Part shown: positions 1 through 8,360 of the stretch, one piece after another
How the letters are laid out: every line of letters begins with the position of its first letter
Position numbering within the stretch: the first letter of the stretch is position 1
Assembly (NCBI GenBank): GCA_044222475.1
Contig: JBGANF010000080.1
Location: 1 to 37,138, forward strand
Direction: 5' to 3'
DNA from: Polyangiaceae bacterium
Lineage (GTDB): Bacteria > Myxococcota_A > Polyangia > Polyangiales > Polyangiaceae
Length of the DNA: 37,138 nucleotides
The notes under the pieces: model-generated
What the model was told of the DNA's origin: nothing
Seen by the model: the letters and a program-made list of their open reading frames with translations, nothing else
Databases searched by the model: none
Translations under genes and position numbers: made by a program

Positions 1-69
1 GTCGTCGAGAGGATGCTGCCGCGAGGGGTCATCACGCGAAAGCGGAAGGCTGCGGTCGGGGGAGCCTGA
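1..69 (+). CDS. Possible 3' end of a gene entering from the left edge
   Basis: Frame 1 is open from base 1 to TGA at 67-69 (VVERMLPRGVITRKRKAAVGGA*); too short to identify. Confidence 0.35.
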   Translation, partial: VVERMLPRGVITRKRKAAVGGA

Positions 70-162
70 AAGGGCGGGGCACCGTGTGGTGGACCTTCGT
101 CAGGTTGTCGAGATTCAGCAACAGGCACCCGCGCTGCGCACGATGAAACGCGAGCTTGGCGG

Positions 163-178
163 TGGCACGGCGAGTGCT
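163..178 (+). promoter_or_regulatory. sigma54 (-24/-12) promoter
   Basis: TGGCAC-GGCGA-GTGCT with GG-N10-GC spacing; predicted TSS ~189, next to ATG 190. Confidence 0.6.
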
Positions 179-189
179 TCGTGCAAGGC

Positions 190-1389
190 ATGCGGCGCGC
201 GGTCCTTCTCCTCGTCATGGCCGTCCTCGCGTGCTCGTCGCAGGACGACCCTGCGCCGCCGCCCGCCACCACGTCGACCACGCCATACTGCGCGCCCCGT
301 GATCCCAACCAGTGGTTCGATTGTTCGGGGCCCCGTGGCACCGGCGGATGCGCGACCAAGTGCATCTTGGGTTGCTCGCTACAATGTTACCCCGGCTTCG
401 CGACGTGCGACGGAGACGAGAACAACGGCTGTGAGGTCTCCTATCTCACCGATCCCGAGAACTGCGGCGCGTGCCACGGTCGCGCTGACACTTGCGTGAA
501 TGGCCTCGCAGGGCCCGCCCCCGAGACGCTCTTGACGTGGGGCTACGTCCCGCAGGGTCTGGCGATCGACGCGACGAGCGCGTACTTCGCGAGCGACGGA
601 ACGCTCTGGAAGATCGCGTTGGACGGATCGACGGCGACGGTGCTCGTCGAGGGCGAGGCGTTCGATGCACGCGCGGGACTCACCCGCGGCGACGACGGTT
701 TCCTCCATTGGGTCTCCGGCGGACGGGTGCGACGTATCGCGTCGACCGGCGGCACGGTGGAGACTCTCGTGAGCGGGATCGAGCCCGCGTCGAACGTCGT
801 CGTCCATGCCGGGATTGCCTACGTCGTGGACGCCACCCCGCCGTCGCACTTGGCCGACACGACCGGCCGCTCGCTCGTTCCGACGACCGGCGGGACGCTC
901 TTCACGGTCGGCGATCGGATCTACGCGGCCGAGCGCGGTGGACGGCTGCGCGCGGTGCAATTCGACGGCTCGGGGATCGCCGATCTCACCGCGTCGACCG
1001 GGGTCGCCGTCACCGACGGTACGAAGGTCTACTTCGCGTCGAGCGTCGTCGACATCTACGATCTCGCGACTGCGAAGACGTCCCACCTTGGTCCGATCGC
1101 GTTCGTCGTGGAGGGAGCCACCATGCTGCCCGGCGACCCGTTCTTCTATGGTCGCGGCGGGGTCGCGTACGACCGAGGTGGCTGTTTGATCGGTCGCCCC
1201 CACACGGCGAGCGTCGTTGCGGCCTTCGACGGCAACGTCGCGGCCGCGCGCGTCCGCGCGCGCGTCGGGGACGAGCCGTTCAGCGATCCGCCGAGGGTCG
1301 CGCAGCTCGCGGTGAACGCGACCCACGTCTACTTCACGACCACGGGCCGGATGAACGAGCCGGCGACCTTACAGCGCTTTGCCAAGTAG
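190..1389 (+). CDS. Cys-rich lipoprotein with C-terminal beta-propeller-like region
   Basis: Signal MRRAVLLLVMAVLAC; myxobacterial Cys motif (CDGDENNGCE...TDPENCGAC); repeated 'LAID..YF' blade-like segments. ATG 190 preferred over GTG 181. Confidence 0.8.
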   Translation: MRRAVLLLVMAVLACSSQDDPAPPPATTSTTPYCAPRDPNQWFDCSGPRGTGGCATKCILGCSLQCYPGFATCDGDENNGCEVSYLTDPENCGACHGRADTCVNGLAGPAPETLLTWGYVPQGLAIDATSAYFASDGTLWKIALDGSTATVLVEGEAFDARAGLTRGDDGFLHWVSGGRVRRIASTGGTVETLVSGIEPASNVVVHAGIAYVVDATPPSHLADTTGRSLVPTTGGTLFTVGDRIYAAERGGRLRAVQFDGSGIADLTASTGVAVTDGTKVYFASSVVDIYDLATAKTSHLGPIAFVVEGATMLPGDPFFYGRGGVAYDRGGCLIGRPHTASVVAAFDGNVAAARVRARVGDEPFSDPPRVAQLAVNATHVYFTTTGRMNEPATLQRFAK

Positions 1390-1479
1390 AGCGCGCGGCC
1401 CGAGACAGCCGTGGCAACAAGAGAGCCTAGGTCGCTGGCACGGTACCCAATTGGGACAGCACGAACCCCAAGCAACGAG

Positions 1480-1503
1480 AGCCCGCCCTCCTGGGCGGGC
1501 TTT
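1480..1503 (+). terminator. GC hairpin / likely intrinsic terminator
   Basis: AGCCCGCCC-TCCT-GGGCGGGCT followed by TT, between convergent genes. Confidence 0.5.
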
Positions 1504-1529
1504 GGTCGGGTTCTGCATCAGGTCCGTTG

Positions 1530-1618
1530 CTGCCCCGGACTTCAGTCCGGGGCGCCCAGATCGACATCGAGATGATCTGCCCCGGACTTTCAGTCACTTC
1601 AGTCCGGGGCGCCCAGAT
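1530..1618. repeat. Two tandem REP-like palindromes CCCCGGAC-TTCA-GTCCGGGG
   Basis: CTGCCCCGGACTTCAGTCCGGGGCGCCCAGAT at 1530-1561; second copy at 1577-1618 with an internal duplication; third copy near 31069. Confidence 0.85.
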
Positions 1619-1620
1619 AT

Positions 1621-2118
1621 TCACCCTGCATCCGGGCGATCGACACGGACCAGCGGCCTCAGCTTCTTCAACGTCGCTCTTCCGATCCCTCTGACGCGAA
1701 GAAGCTCCTCGATCTGCTTGAAGCGACCCAGCTTCGCCCGCAGCTCCAGGATGGCCTGCGCGCGCTTCTCCCCGATCCCCGGCAGACGCCGGAGATCCGT
1801 CACCGTCGCCTCGTTGAGGAACACCGGATCATCCGGCGTCGCCCGAGGCGCGTGCACCACCGGCACCACCGGCGCCGAGGCTTCGGCCTCGACCTGAACG
1901 TCGGCCGCACCCGCGTCGACCGGAGCGGACGACGCGGACGCCGAAGCCGCCACGGCGGTGGGGGGCACCGGTCCCCCCACCGCCGCAGTGGCCGTGACCG
2001 TGTGCCCGATGCCCGCGAGGACGAAGAGCCCCACGAGCACCAGCACGAGCTTGAGCACGGGACCCGTCCACACCGATCCGCGGATCCGTGCGGCGACCGA
2101 AGCGAGCATCGGACTCAT
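1621..2118 (-). CDS. comEA: ComEA-family helix-hairpin-helix DNA-binding protein
   Basis: N-terminal TM segment, Ala/Pro linker, C-terminal LNEAT..DLRRLPGIGEKRAQAI...FKQIEELLRVRGIG (HhH); GAGGT SD before ATG 2118. Confidence 0.85.
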   Translation of the reverse strand: MSPMLASVAARIRGSVWTGPVLKLVLVLVGLFVLAGIGHTVTATAAVGGPVPPTAVAASASASSAPVDAGAADVQVEAEASAPVVPVVHAPRATPDDPVFLNEATVTDLRRLPGIGEKRAQAILELRAKLGRFKQIEELLRVRGIGRATLKKLRPLVRVDRPDAG

Positions 2119-2126
2119 GGGCCACC

Positions 2127-2360
2127 TCACGCCGCCGCGTTGTCGAGCCGTTGCTTGCGGAGGAAGTGCTCGGCGCGCTGCTCCGGGCTCTCCCACTCGC
2201 GCACTTGGAGCGTGCCGTTCGTCGGCAGCGCCTCGAGCTTGAGCGTGATCGATCCGTCGCGGTTGACGAAGCCGATCCCGATCCGCGTCCAGTAGCTGCG
2301 GCCGTCGCGCTCGGTGATGGTGTAGACGGACTTCTTCTCTTTGGCAGTCGTGAGTTCCAT
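2127..2360 (-). CDS. Conserved-looking small hypothetical protein (77 aa), possible ssDNA-binding beta fold
   Basis: Strong SD (AAGAGGA), GC3-rich codons, motif YWTRIGIGFVNRDGSITLKLEALP; 8 bp upstream of comEA. Confidence 0.8.
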   Translation of the reverse strand: MELTTAKEKKSVYTITERDGRSYWTRIGIGFVNRDGSITLKLEALPTNGTLQVREWESPEQRAEHFLRKQRLDNAAA

Positions 2361-2415
2361 GGCTGTTTCCTCTTTCGTTCATGCCGGCGACGCGCCGGCG
2401 TTCGAGGCCACGTAG

Positions 2416-2431
2416 AGCGAACGGCGTGCCA
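2416..2431 (-). promoter_or_regulatory. sigma54 promoter for the 77-aa gene/comEA operon
   Basis: Minus strand CTGGCAC-GCCGT-TCGCT, GG-N10-GC. Confidence 0.65.
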
Positions 2432-2526
2432 GCCTCGAAATGGCGAATTTCTCGAAGAACTCGCGAGCGAGGGGGTGGCGCGCGCCAGTTCGTGCCGGCG
2501 CCGCGCCGGTGTATGCTCGCCCGGTA

Positions 2527-3963
2527 GTGGCCGGCACGGACCCTTTCGCCCTCGTTGGGCAGCTCCTGGACGGACAGTTCCGCGTCGACGCGATGATCGG
2601 CGAGGGGGGCTTCTCCGTCGTGTATCGCGGGCATCACGTCGGTCTCGACGAGCCGATCGCGATCAAGTGCCTCAAGCTCACCGGCAACCTGTCGAGCGCT
2701 CTGGTCGAGAGCTTCGTCACCCGGTTTCGCGACGAGGCGAAGCTCCTCTACCGATTGTCAGCCGGCAACCTGAACATCGTCCGCAGCATCGCCAGCGGGA
2801 CCGTCATCGCGCGCGGGACCAACGCGATGGTGCCGTACATCGTCCTCGAGTGGCTCGACGGGATTTCGCTCGTCACCGACCTCGACGAGCGGCGCGCGGC
2901 CGGCAAGACTGGGCGCACCATCGGCGAGGTGCTCGACCTGTTCGCGTCGGCCGCGGACGCGCTCGGCTACGCGCACGCGCAGGGCGTCGTTCACCGCGAC
3001 CTCAACCCCGGCAACGTCTTCCTCAGCATCGGACGCGACGGGACGATGCGCACGAAGGTGCTCGACTTCGGGCTCGCCAAGGTCGTGAGCGATCACGCCA
3101 TGGTCCTCGGACCGAAGGCGCAATCGTTCGCCCAAATCCGCGTCTTCTCCCCGGCGTACGCCGCGCCGGAGCAGTTCGACATCGAGCTCGGCCCGGCGGG
3201 GCCCGCGACCGACGTCTACTCGTTCGCCAACCTGATGACCGAGGCGCTCCTCGATCACCCCATGCTCGATGGGCAGACCCTCGGCGAGCTCTTCGCCCAA
3301 ACGCTCGATCCCAACCGCGCGCGCACGCCGAAGGCGCTCGGGGCAGCGATCGGCCCGGCGACCGAGGCGGTGTTCAAGAAGGCGCTCGCGATGCGCCCGC
3401 AGGATCGGTTCCCCGACGTCGCCACCTTCTGGTCGACCCTCGAAGAGGCCGTGTCGATCGACGGCGCCGACGATCCGCTCGCCGCCCGCAAGACCATGAA
3501 GATGGAGCGGCCGCCGATGCTCGACGAGCCGCCCCCGCCAGCGACGGACCCGACGGCCGATCAGCTGAAGGCGCTGAAGCAGACGGCGCGCATGCCGAAC
3601 GCCGGCCGCTCGACGCCCCCGACGGCGGCGCCCGCGCCCACGCCCTCGGCCGAGAAGAGTGGGCCAGTCGGGGCGATCGTCGCACCCGCCGCGTCGATCG
3701 GCTCCGATCCAGACCCGGCGCAGCCGCTCGTCGTCGTCCAGAAGGGCCTCGATCCCGCGCGCCATCGGCCCACCGTCATGACGCGGCGGCCGGCGGACGT
3801 GCCTGATGTCTCACCCCAGCGGGCACCCACCGTAGTGACGCGTCCCGCGGCCGAGGGCAGCGGACGCAACGCAAAGCTCTTGGTCGGGTTGCTCGTGTTC
3901 TTCGCGATCGTCTCCGTCGGCACCGCGACCCTCCTCGTCGTCCAACGCATGTCGGGTCACTAA
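2527..3963 (+). CDS. Hanks-type Ser/Thr protein kinase, Pro-rich linker, C-terminal TM
   Basis: GEGGFSVVY, AIK, HRDLNPGN, DFG, YAAPEQ, DVYS; GTG 2527 chosen by alignment with the downstream paralog (track start 2440). Confidence 0.92.
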   Translation: MAGTDPFALVGQLLDGQFRVDAMIGEGGFSVVYRGHHVGLDEPIAIKCLKLTGNLSSALVESFVTRFRDEAKLLYRLSAGNLNIVRSIASGTVIARGTNAMVPYIVLEWLDGISLVTDLDERRAAGKTGRTIGEVLDLFASAADALGYAHAQGVVHRDLNPGNVFLSIGRDGTMRTKVLDFGLAKVVSDHAMVLGPKAQSFAQIRVFSPAYAAPEQFDIELGPAGPATDVYSFANLMTEALLDHPMLDGQTLGELFAQTLDPNRARTPKALGAAIGPATEAVFKKALAMRPQDRFPDVATFWSTLEEAVSIDGADDPLAARKTMKMERPPMLDEPPPPATDPTADQLKALKQTARMPNAGRSTPPTAAPAPTPSAEKSGPVGAIVAPAASIGSDPDPAQPLVVVQKGLDPARHRPTVMTRRPADVPDVSPQRAPTVVTRPAAEGSGRNAKLLVGLLVFFAIVSVGTATLLVVQRMSGH

Positions 3964-3967
3964 ACCG

Positions 3968-5686
3968 ATGCCCAAGGACATCTTCGGTCTCAGTGGCTTC
4001 GTGGTGGACGGGCAATTCCACATCGGCGACGTCGTCGGCGAGGGTGGCTTCAGCGTCGTCTATCGCGGGACGCACCTCGGCTTGAAGGAGCCGATCGCGA
4101 TCAAGTGCCTGAAGATCCAGAGCAAGCACAAGAACCCGAAGCTCATCGAGTCGTTCACCCAGCGCTTCTACGACGAGAGCCGGATCATGTACCGCCTCTC
4201 GCAGGGCAACCTGAACATCGTGCGCAGCATGAGCGTCGGGTCGACGCTGTCGCCGCTCACCAACGAGACCGTGCCGTACATGGTGCTCGAGTGGCTCGAG
4301 GGTCGCTCGCTCGCGACCGACAACCGCAACCGCCGCGGCAAGAACCTCCCGCGGCGCACCCTCGCCGAGATCCTCGACATGTTCGAGCCGGCGGCGCTCG
4401 CCGTCGGGTACGCGCACAAGCAGGGCATCGTCCATCGCGACGTGAAGCCCGGCAACTTGTTCCTCACGGCGACGCCGGGCGGCGAGACGATGAAGGTCCT
4501 CGACTTCGGCATGGCGAAGATCCTCGAGCCGACGCAGATGGGCGGCATGCAGGGCGCTCAGACCATCGGCAGCTTCATGGTCGTGTCGCCGCAGTACGCG
4601 GCGCCGGAGCAGATCGACACGGGCGTCGGCCAGGTCGGACCGGCCAGCGACGTGTACTCGTTCGCGCTCGTCATGCTCGAGGCCATGCTCGACAAGCGCG
4701 TGCGCGCGTCGGACAACCTCGCCGATCTGATGGTCGAGGCGCTGTCCGAGGAGCGCGCGCCGACGCCGAAGCGGCTCGGTCTCTCGTTCCCGCCCGAGGT
4801 CGACGAGGTGTTCAGGAAGGCGCTCGCGATTCGCCCCGACGCGCGGCCGAAGGACATGGGCGCTTTTTGGGGCGCGCTTCGCAACGCACACGAGCACTCG
4901 AAGGCGGTGGAGCATGCCTCGGTCTTCGAGGACGAGGCGACCAAGGCCGACGCGGCTGCGCCCCAGTTCGTGCCGCTCGGAGCGACGATGGCGTACGACC
5001 CGCCCCGGCCCGCCGCGGGGGCGCCGGCAGGTCCGCCTGCGCAAGGGCAGGCCGTCGTGCGCCCCATGGCGCAGACGATGCCGCTTCAGCGGCCCTCGCT
5101 GGAAGGTCTGAAGGCCGTGACGGGTCCGACCGCGACGACGGCCGATGGCGATCGCAAGAGCTCGCCGATGGCGCAGACCGCACCGCTCGGGGCGCGCATG
5201 CCGCCGATCGATTTCACGCCGTCGCAACGCGCGCCGCAGGCACCGCCGATCGCGCCGCCGGCGCCGGTGTACACGCCTCCGCCTCCGGCGCAGCAGACGC
5301 CCGCGTTTCAGGTTCCGCCGCCGTCGGGGGTTCCGCCGCTGCCCCCCGCTCCTCAGGAGCCGACGTTTTCGCCGAACTACCGCGGCGGAATCCCCGGGCC
5401 TCAACACTTTCCGCCGCCGGCGGCGACGACGGGATCGAAGGACTCGCTCGACGCGCTCAATGCACTGCACGCACCGTCGCCGTCGCAGCGGCGTCTGCCG
5501 GACCCGATGGAGCCACCGCCGGGCTTCGCACCCCCGCCGCAGCAGCAGGCACCTGCCTACGTTCCGCCCGCGCCGCCACCGGCGCCGAAGCGCTCGCCGA
5601 TGGTCGGCGTCGTGGTCGCGTTCATGATCGTGGCGATCCTCGCGAGCGCGGGGATCCTCGGATACGTGCTGGTCTACAAGCGGTAG
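3968..5686 (+). CDS. Hanks-type Ser/Thr protein kinase (tandem paralog), Pro-rich linker, C-terminal TM
   Basis: GEGGFSVVY, AIK, HRDVKPGN, DFG, YAAPEQ, DVYS; hydrophobic C-terminus ending YKR. Confidence 0.95.
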   Translation: MPKDIFGLSGFVVDGQFHIGDVVGEGGFSVVYRGTHLGLKEPIAIKCLKIQSKHKNPKLIESFTQRFYDESRIMYRLSQGNLNIVRSMSVGSTLSPLTNETVPYMVLEWLEGRSLATDNRNRRGKNLPRRTLAEILDMFEPAALAVGYAHKQGIVHRDVKPGNLFLTATPGGETMKVLDFGMAKILEPTQMGGMQGAQTIGSFMVVSPQYAAPEQIDTGVGQVGPASDVYSFALVMLEAMLDKRVRASDNLADLMVEALSEERAPTPKRLGLSFPPEVDEVFRKALAIRPDARPKDMGAFWGALRNAHEHSKAVEHASVFEDEATKADAAAPQFVPLGATMAYDPPRPAAGAPAGPPAQGQAVVRPMAQTMPLQRPSLEGLKAVTGPTATTADGDRKSSPMAQTAPLGARMPPIDFTPSQRAPQAPPIAPPAPVYTPPPPAQQTPAFQVPPPSGVPPLPPAPQEPTFSPNYRGGIPGPQHFPPPAATTGSKDSLDALNALHAPSPSQRRLPDPMEPPPGFAPPPQQQAPAYVPPAPPPAPKRSPMVGVVVAFMIVAILASAGILGYVLVYKR

Positions 5687-5712
5687 CGCGCATCCTAGTC
5701 CGCCAAGCGCGA

Positions 5713-5828
5713 TCTCCCCGTGAACGTGAACGTGCCCGTGCCCGTGCCCGATCGACGACGCTGACCGACTCGCCTCCGTGAGACGCTCCTCGTGCACGGG
5801 CACGGGCACGTTCACGTTTACGGGGAGA
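5713..5828. repeat. 35-bp inverted repeat made of hexamer units (GTGAAC/GTGCCC)
   Basis: Arms 5713-5747 and 5794-5828 are complementary with one mismatch; 46-nt spacer; between convergent genes. Confidence 0.9.
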
Positions 5829-5842
5829 GCCAGGGAAACACG

Positions 5843-6418
5843 CTAGAACGCGAAGCCCAACCCACCCGCGAAGGTCAGCATCGGCACCGCCGGGTTGCCG
5901 TTGATGTTGAACCCGAGCTCGATCGGTCGCACGAACAGATAGAGCCCCAGGTCGTGCGAGAAGAACAGCTTCCCGTCGACGCCAAAGCCGAGGTGGAACG
6001 CCGCGTCGCCTCCATTGAACGGATACGCCGCGCCGAGGTGGGCGTACGGACCGATGGTCAGCTCCATCTCTTCGCCGAGCGCGACCGGGATGTCCCAGCC
6101 GACGCGCCCGGTGGTGATGCCCCCCGAGCCCCAGCCGAGGAGGATGGCTTGGCGGATGCCGAACACGAGCCCATCGGCCCGGCCGGAGATGTGGAAGCCG
6201 AACTCGGCGTCGACTCGGTAATACCCAAGCGTTCCGCCCGACGAGTACGTCACGTTGCCGACCGTGACACTCGACCCCGGATAGAACACGAGCGCCGTCC
6301 CGAGCGGGCTGCCCTGGATGTAGAACGGCGCTTTGTGAGCCGACTCCCCGGCGCTCGCGTCCGCAGAGGCGAGGGTCGCGATCGCGAGGGCTGCGGCGCC
6401 GAGGGTGATGCGCTTCAT
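5843..6418 (-). CDS. Small outer-membrane beta-barrel-like protein
   Basis: Sec signal, alternating Gly/aromatic beta strands, C-terminal GLGFAF (BAM-type terminal Phe). Confidence 0.8.
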   Translation of the reverse strand: MKRITLGAAALAIATLASADASAGESAHKAPFYIQGSPLGTALVFYPGSSVTVGNVTYSSGGTLGYYRVDAEFGFHISGRADGLVFGIRQAILLGWGSGGITTGRVGWDIPVALGEEMELTIGPYAHLGAAYPFNGGDAAFHLGFGVDGKLFFSHDLGLYLFVRPIELGFNINGNPAVPMLTFAGGLGFAF

Positions 6419-6993
6419 CAGAACGCGAAGCCGACGCCGGCGGCGGGGGTCAGGGTGGTGATGGTGCGGCCGCCGTATCCGCCGACGAAGAACGACGCCT
6501 CGAGCGGGCGCGCGAACACATAGAACCCGTTCGACTGCATCGGGAAGAACTTCACGTCGACACCGAAGCCGAAGTTGAACAGGGCACCTTCGCAGCCCAC
6601 GCCGCAGAGGCCGTACGCGATGCCGGCGAGGCCGTAGGGCGCGATGGTGAGCTCGAACTTGCCGTCCTTCAGGACGATCGGGATGTCGTACCCAATGCGG
6701 GCCACCGTCGCGCCGACGCTACCGCCGAAGCCGAAGTAGAAGACCTGCCGCCCGCCGAGGACGAACCCGTCGTGCCGGCCGGAGAAGTGCGCGCCGAACT
6801 CGACGTCCATGCGGTATGCGCCGAAGCCCAGTCCGCCGAAGAATCCGTAGGAGTATCCGATGACGGCGCCCTGGATGTAGAAGGGTCCTTTCGTGGACGG
6901 ATCCAGCGCGTGCGCGTCGCTTTCGCCCGAGAAAAGGGCCGCTCCGCCCGCCACCACTGCTACTGCAAGAGCCTTTGCGGTACGTGTTCTCAT
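6418..6993 (-). CDS. Small outer-membrane beta-barrel-like protein (tandem paralog)
   Basis: Shares PFYIQG, YR.D.EFG.H.SGR.DG.V.G.RQ, ELTI.PY, F.RP.E and G.GFAF with the next gene; TGATG overlap at 6416-6420. Confidence 0.8.
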   Translation of the reverse strand: MRTRTAKALAVAVVAGGAALFSGESDAHALDPSTKGPFYIQGAVIGYSYGFFGGLGFGAYRMDVEFGAHFSGRHDGFVLGGRQVFYFGFGGSVGATVARIGYDIPIVLKDGKFELTIAPYGLAGIAYGLCGVGCEGALFNFGFGVDVKFFPMQSNGFYVFARPLEASFFVGGYGGRTITTLTPAAGVGFAF

Positions 6994-7073
6994 GACTGGT
7001 AGAGGTAACAAGCCTCCTCCGGCGCGTCACCTTTGTGGCCGATCTTGTATGTGCGTGTGGTTCAATGGCGCCC

Positions 7074-8354
7074 ATGGCTGGACCCAAGTCGACCGAGCTC
7101 TTCGCCCGCGCGCAGCGCGTGATCCCTGGTGGCGTGAACAGCCCCGTGCGCGCGTTCCGCGCCGTGGGCGGCGATCCCATCTTCGTGGCCCGCGCGGAGG
7201 GCGCGTACCTCTGGGACGCCGACGGGTCCAAGTACACCGACTACATCGGCTCGTGGGGTCCGATGATCCTCGGCCACGCCCACCCCGACGTGCTCCGCGC
7301 CATCACCGACGCGGTCGCGCGCGGCACGAGCTACGGCGCGCCGACCGAGCTCGAGGTCCGCTTCGCCGAGAAGATCACGTCGATGTACCCGAGCATCGAG
7401 ATGCTGCGGGCCGTGTCGAGCGGGACCGAGGCCACGATGGCGGCGCTCCGCGTCGCGCGCGGCTTCACCGGCCGCGACGTCATCGTGAAGTTCGAGGGCT
7501 GCTACCACGGCCACGCCGACTTTCTGCTGGTGAAGGCGGGCTCCGGCGCCGCGACGCTGGGCGTGCCCGACTCGGCGGGAGTGCCCAGCGCGACCGCGGG
7601 CAACACGGCGACGCTCCCGTTCAACGACGAAGCGGCGCTCCGGGCGCTGTTCGCCGCGCGCGGCAAGGAGATCGCGGCCGTCATCGTGGAGCCCGTCGTC
7701 GGCAACATGGGCTGCGTCCCGCCGGACAAGGGCTTCCTCGAGGCGATCGTCAGCCTCTGCAAGGAGCACGGCGCCGTCTCGATCTTCGACGAGGTCATGA
7801 CCGGCTGTCGGTTGTCCCAAAGTGGGATGCAGGGGGTGACCGGGCTCCGTCCCGACATGACGTGCCTCGGCAAGATCGTCGGCGGCGGGATGCCGCTGGC
7901 CGTGTACGGTGGCCGGCGCGCCATCATGGAGAAGGTCGCGCCGCTGGGGCCGGTGTACCAAGCTGGTACGCTCAGCGGCAACCCGATCGCGGTGAGCGCC
8001 GCGCTGGCGACGCTCGATCGGTTGGACGCGGCCCTCTACGAGAAGCTCGAGCGCCTCGGCGCGCGGCTCGAAGCGGGGCTGCGCGGCGCGCTCGAGAAGC
8101 GCGGGCTCGCGGCTCACACCTGCGTGCAGCGCGTCGGGTCGATGATCACGCTGTTCTTCACGAACGGCCCGGTGCGCTCGTGGGACGACGCGAAGACGTC
8201 GGACACGGCGCGCTTCGGCAAGTGGCATCGCGGGATGCGCGAGCGCGGACAGTACTGGCCGCCGTCGCAGTACGAGGCGGCGTTCCTGTCCGGCGCTCAC
8301 ACCGAGGCCGACGTCGACGCGACGATCAAGGCCGCGGACGAAGCCCTCGGGTAG
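7074..8354 (+). CDS. hemL: Glutamate-1-semialdehyde 2,1-aminomutase
   Basis: IPGGVNSPVRAF, SWGPMILGH, SGTEATM, FEGCYHGH, FDEVMTG, GKIVGGGMP (PLP Lys), YQAGTLSGNP; start 7074 or 7065. Confidence 0.97.
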   Translation: MAGPKSTELFARAQRVIPGGVNSPVRAFRAVGGDPIFVARAEGAYLWDADGSKYTDYIGSWGPMILGHAHPDVLRAITDAVARGTSYGAPTELEVRFAEKITSMYPSIEMLRAVSSGTEATMAALRVARGFTGRDVIVKFEGCYHGHADFLLVKAGSGAATLGVPDSAGVPSATAGNTATLPFNDEAALRALFAARGKEIAAVIVEPVVGNMGCVPPDKGFLEAIVSLCKEHGAVSIFDEVMTGCRLSQSGMQGVTGLRPDMTCLGKIVGGGMPLAVYGGRRAIMEKVAPLGPVYQAGTLSGNPIAVSAALATLDRLDAALYEKLERLGARLEAGLRGALEKRGLAAHTCVQRVGSMITLFFTNGPVRSWDDAKTSDTARFGKWHRGMRERGQYWPPSQYEAAFLSGAHTEADVDATIKAADEALG

Positions 8355-8360
8355 ACGTCG

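Noticed and set aside
1436..1452. TGGCACGG -24-like motif
   Set aside because: No GC at the -12 position; lies between convergent genes
1530..1618. Possible mini-CRISPR array
   Set aside because: Only two adjacent copies, a 15-nt spacer, no cas genes, and a dispersed third copy; fits REP-like elements better
3776..5815. 679-aa minus-strand ORF, and similar long ORFs at 8373-10742 +, 22454-24802 -, 22393-23916 +, 32004-33791 +
   Set aside because: Arg/Gly-rich shadow frames overlapping motif-supported genes; expected in high-GC DNA
5792..5830. His-rich peptide HGHGHVHVY suggesting a metal-binding ORF
   Set aside because: Simply the translation of the hexamer inverted repeat
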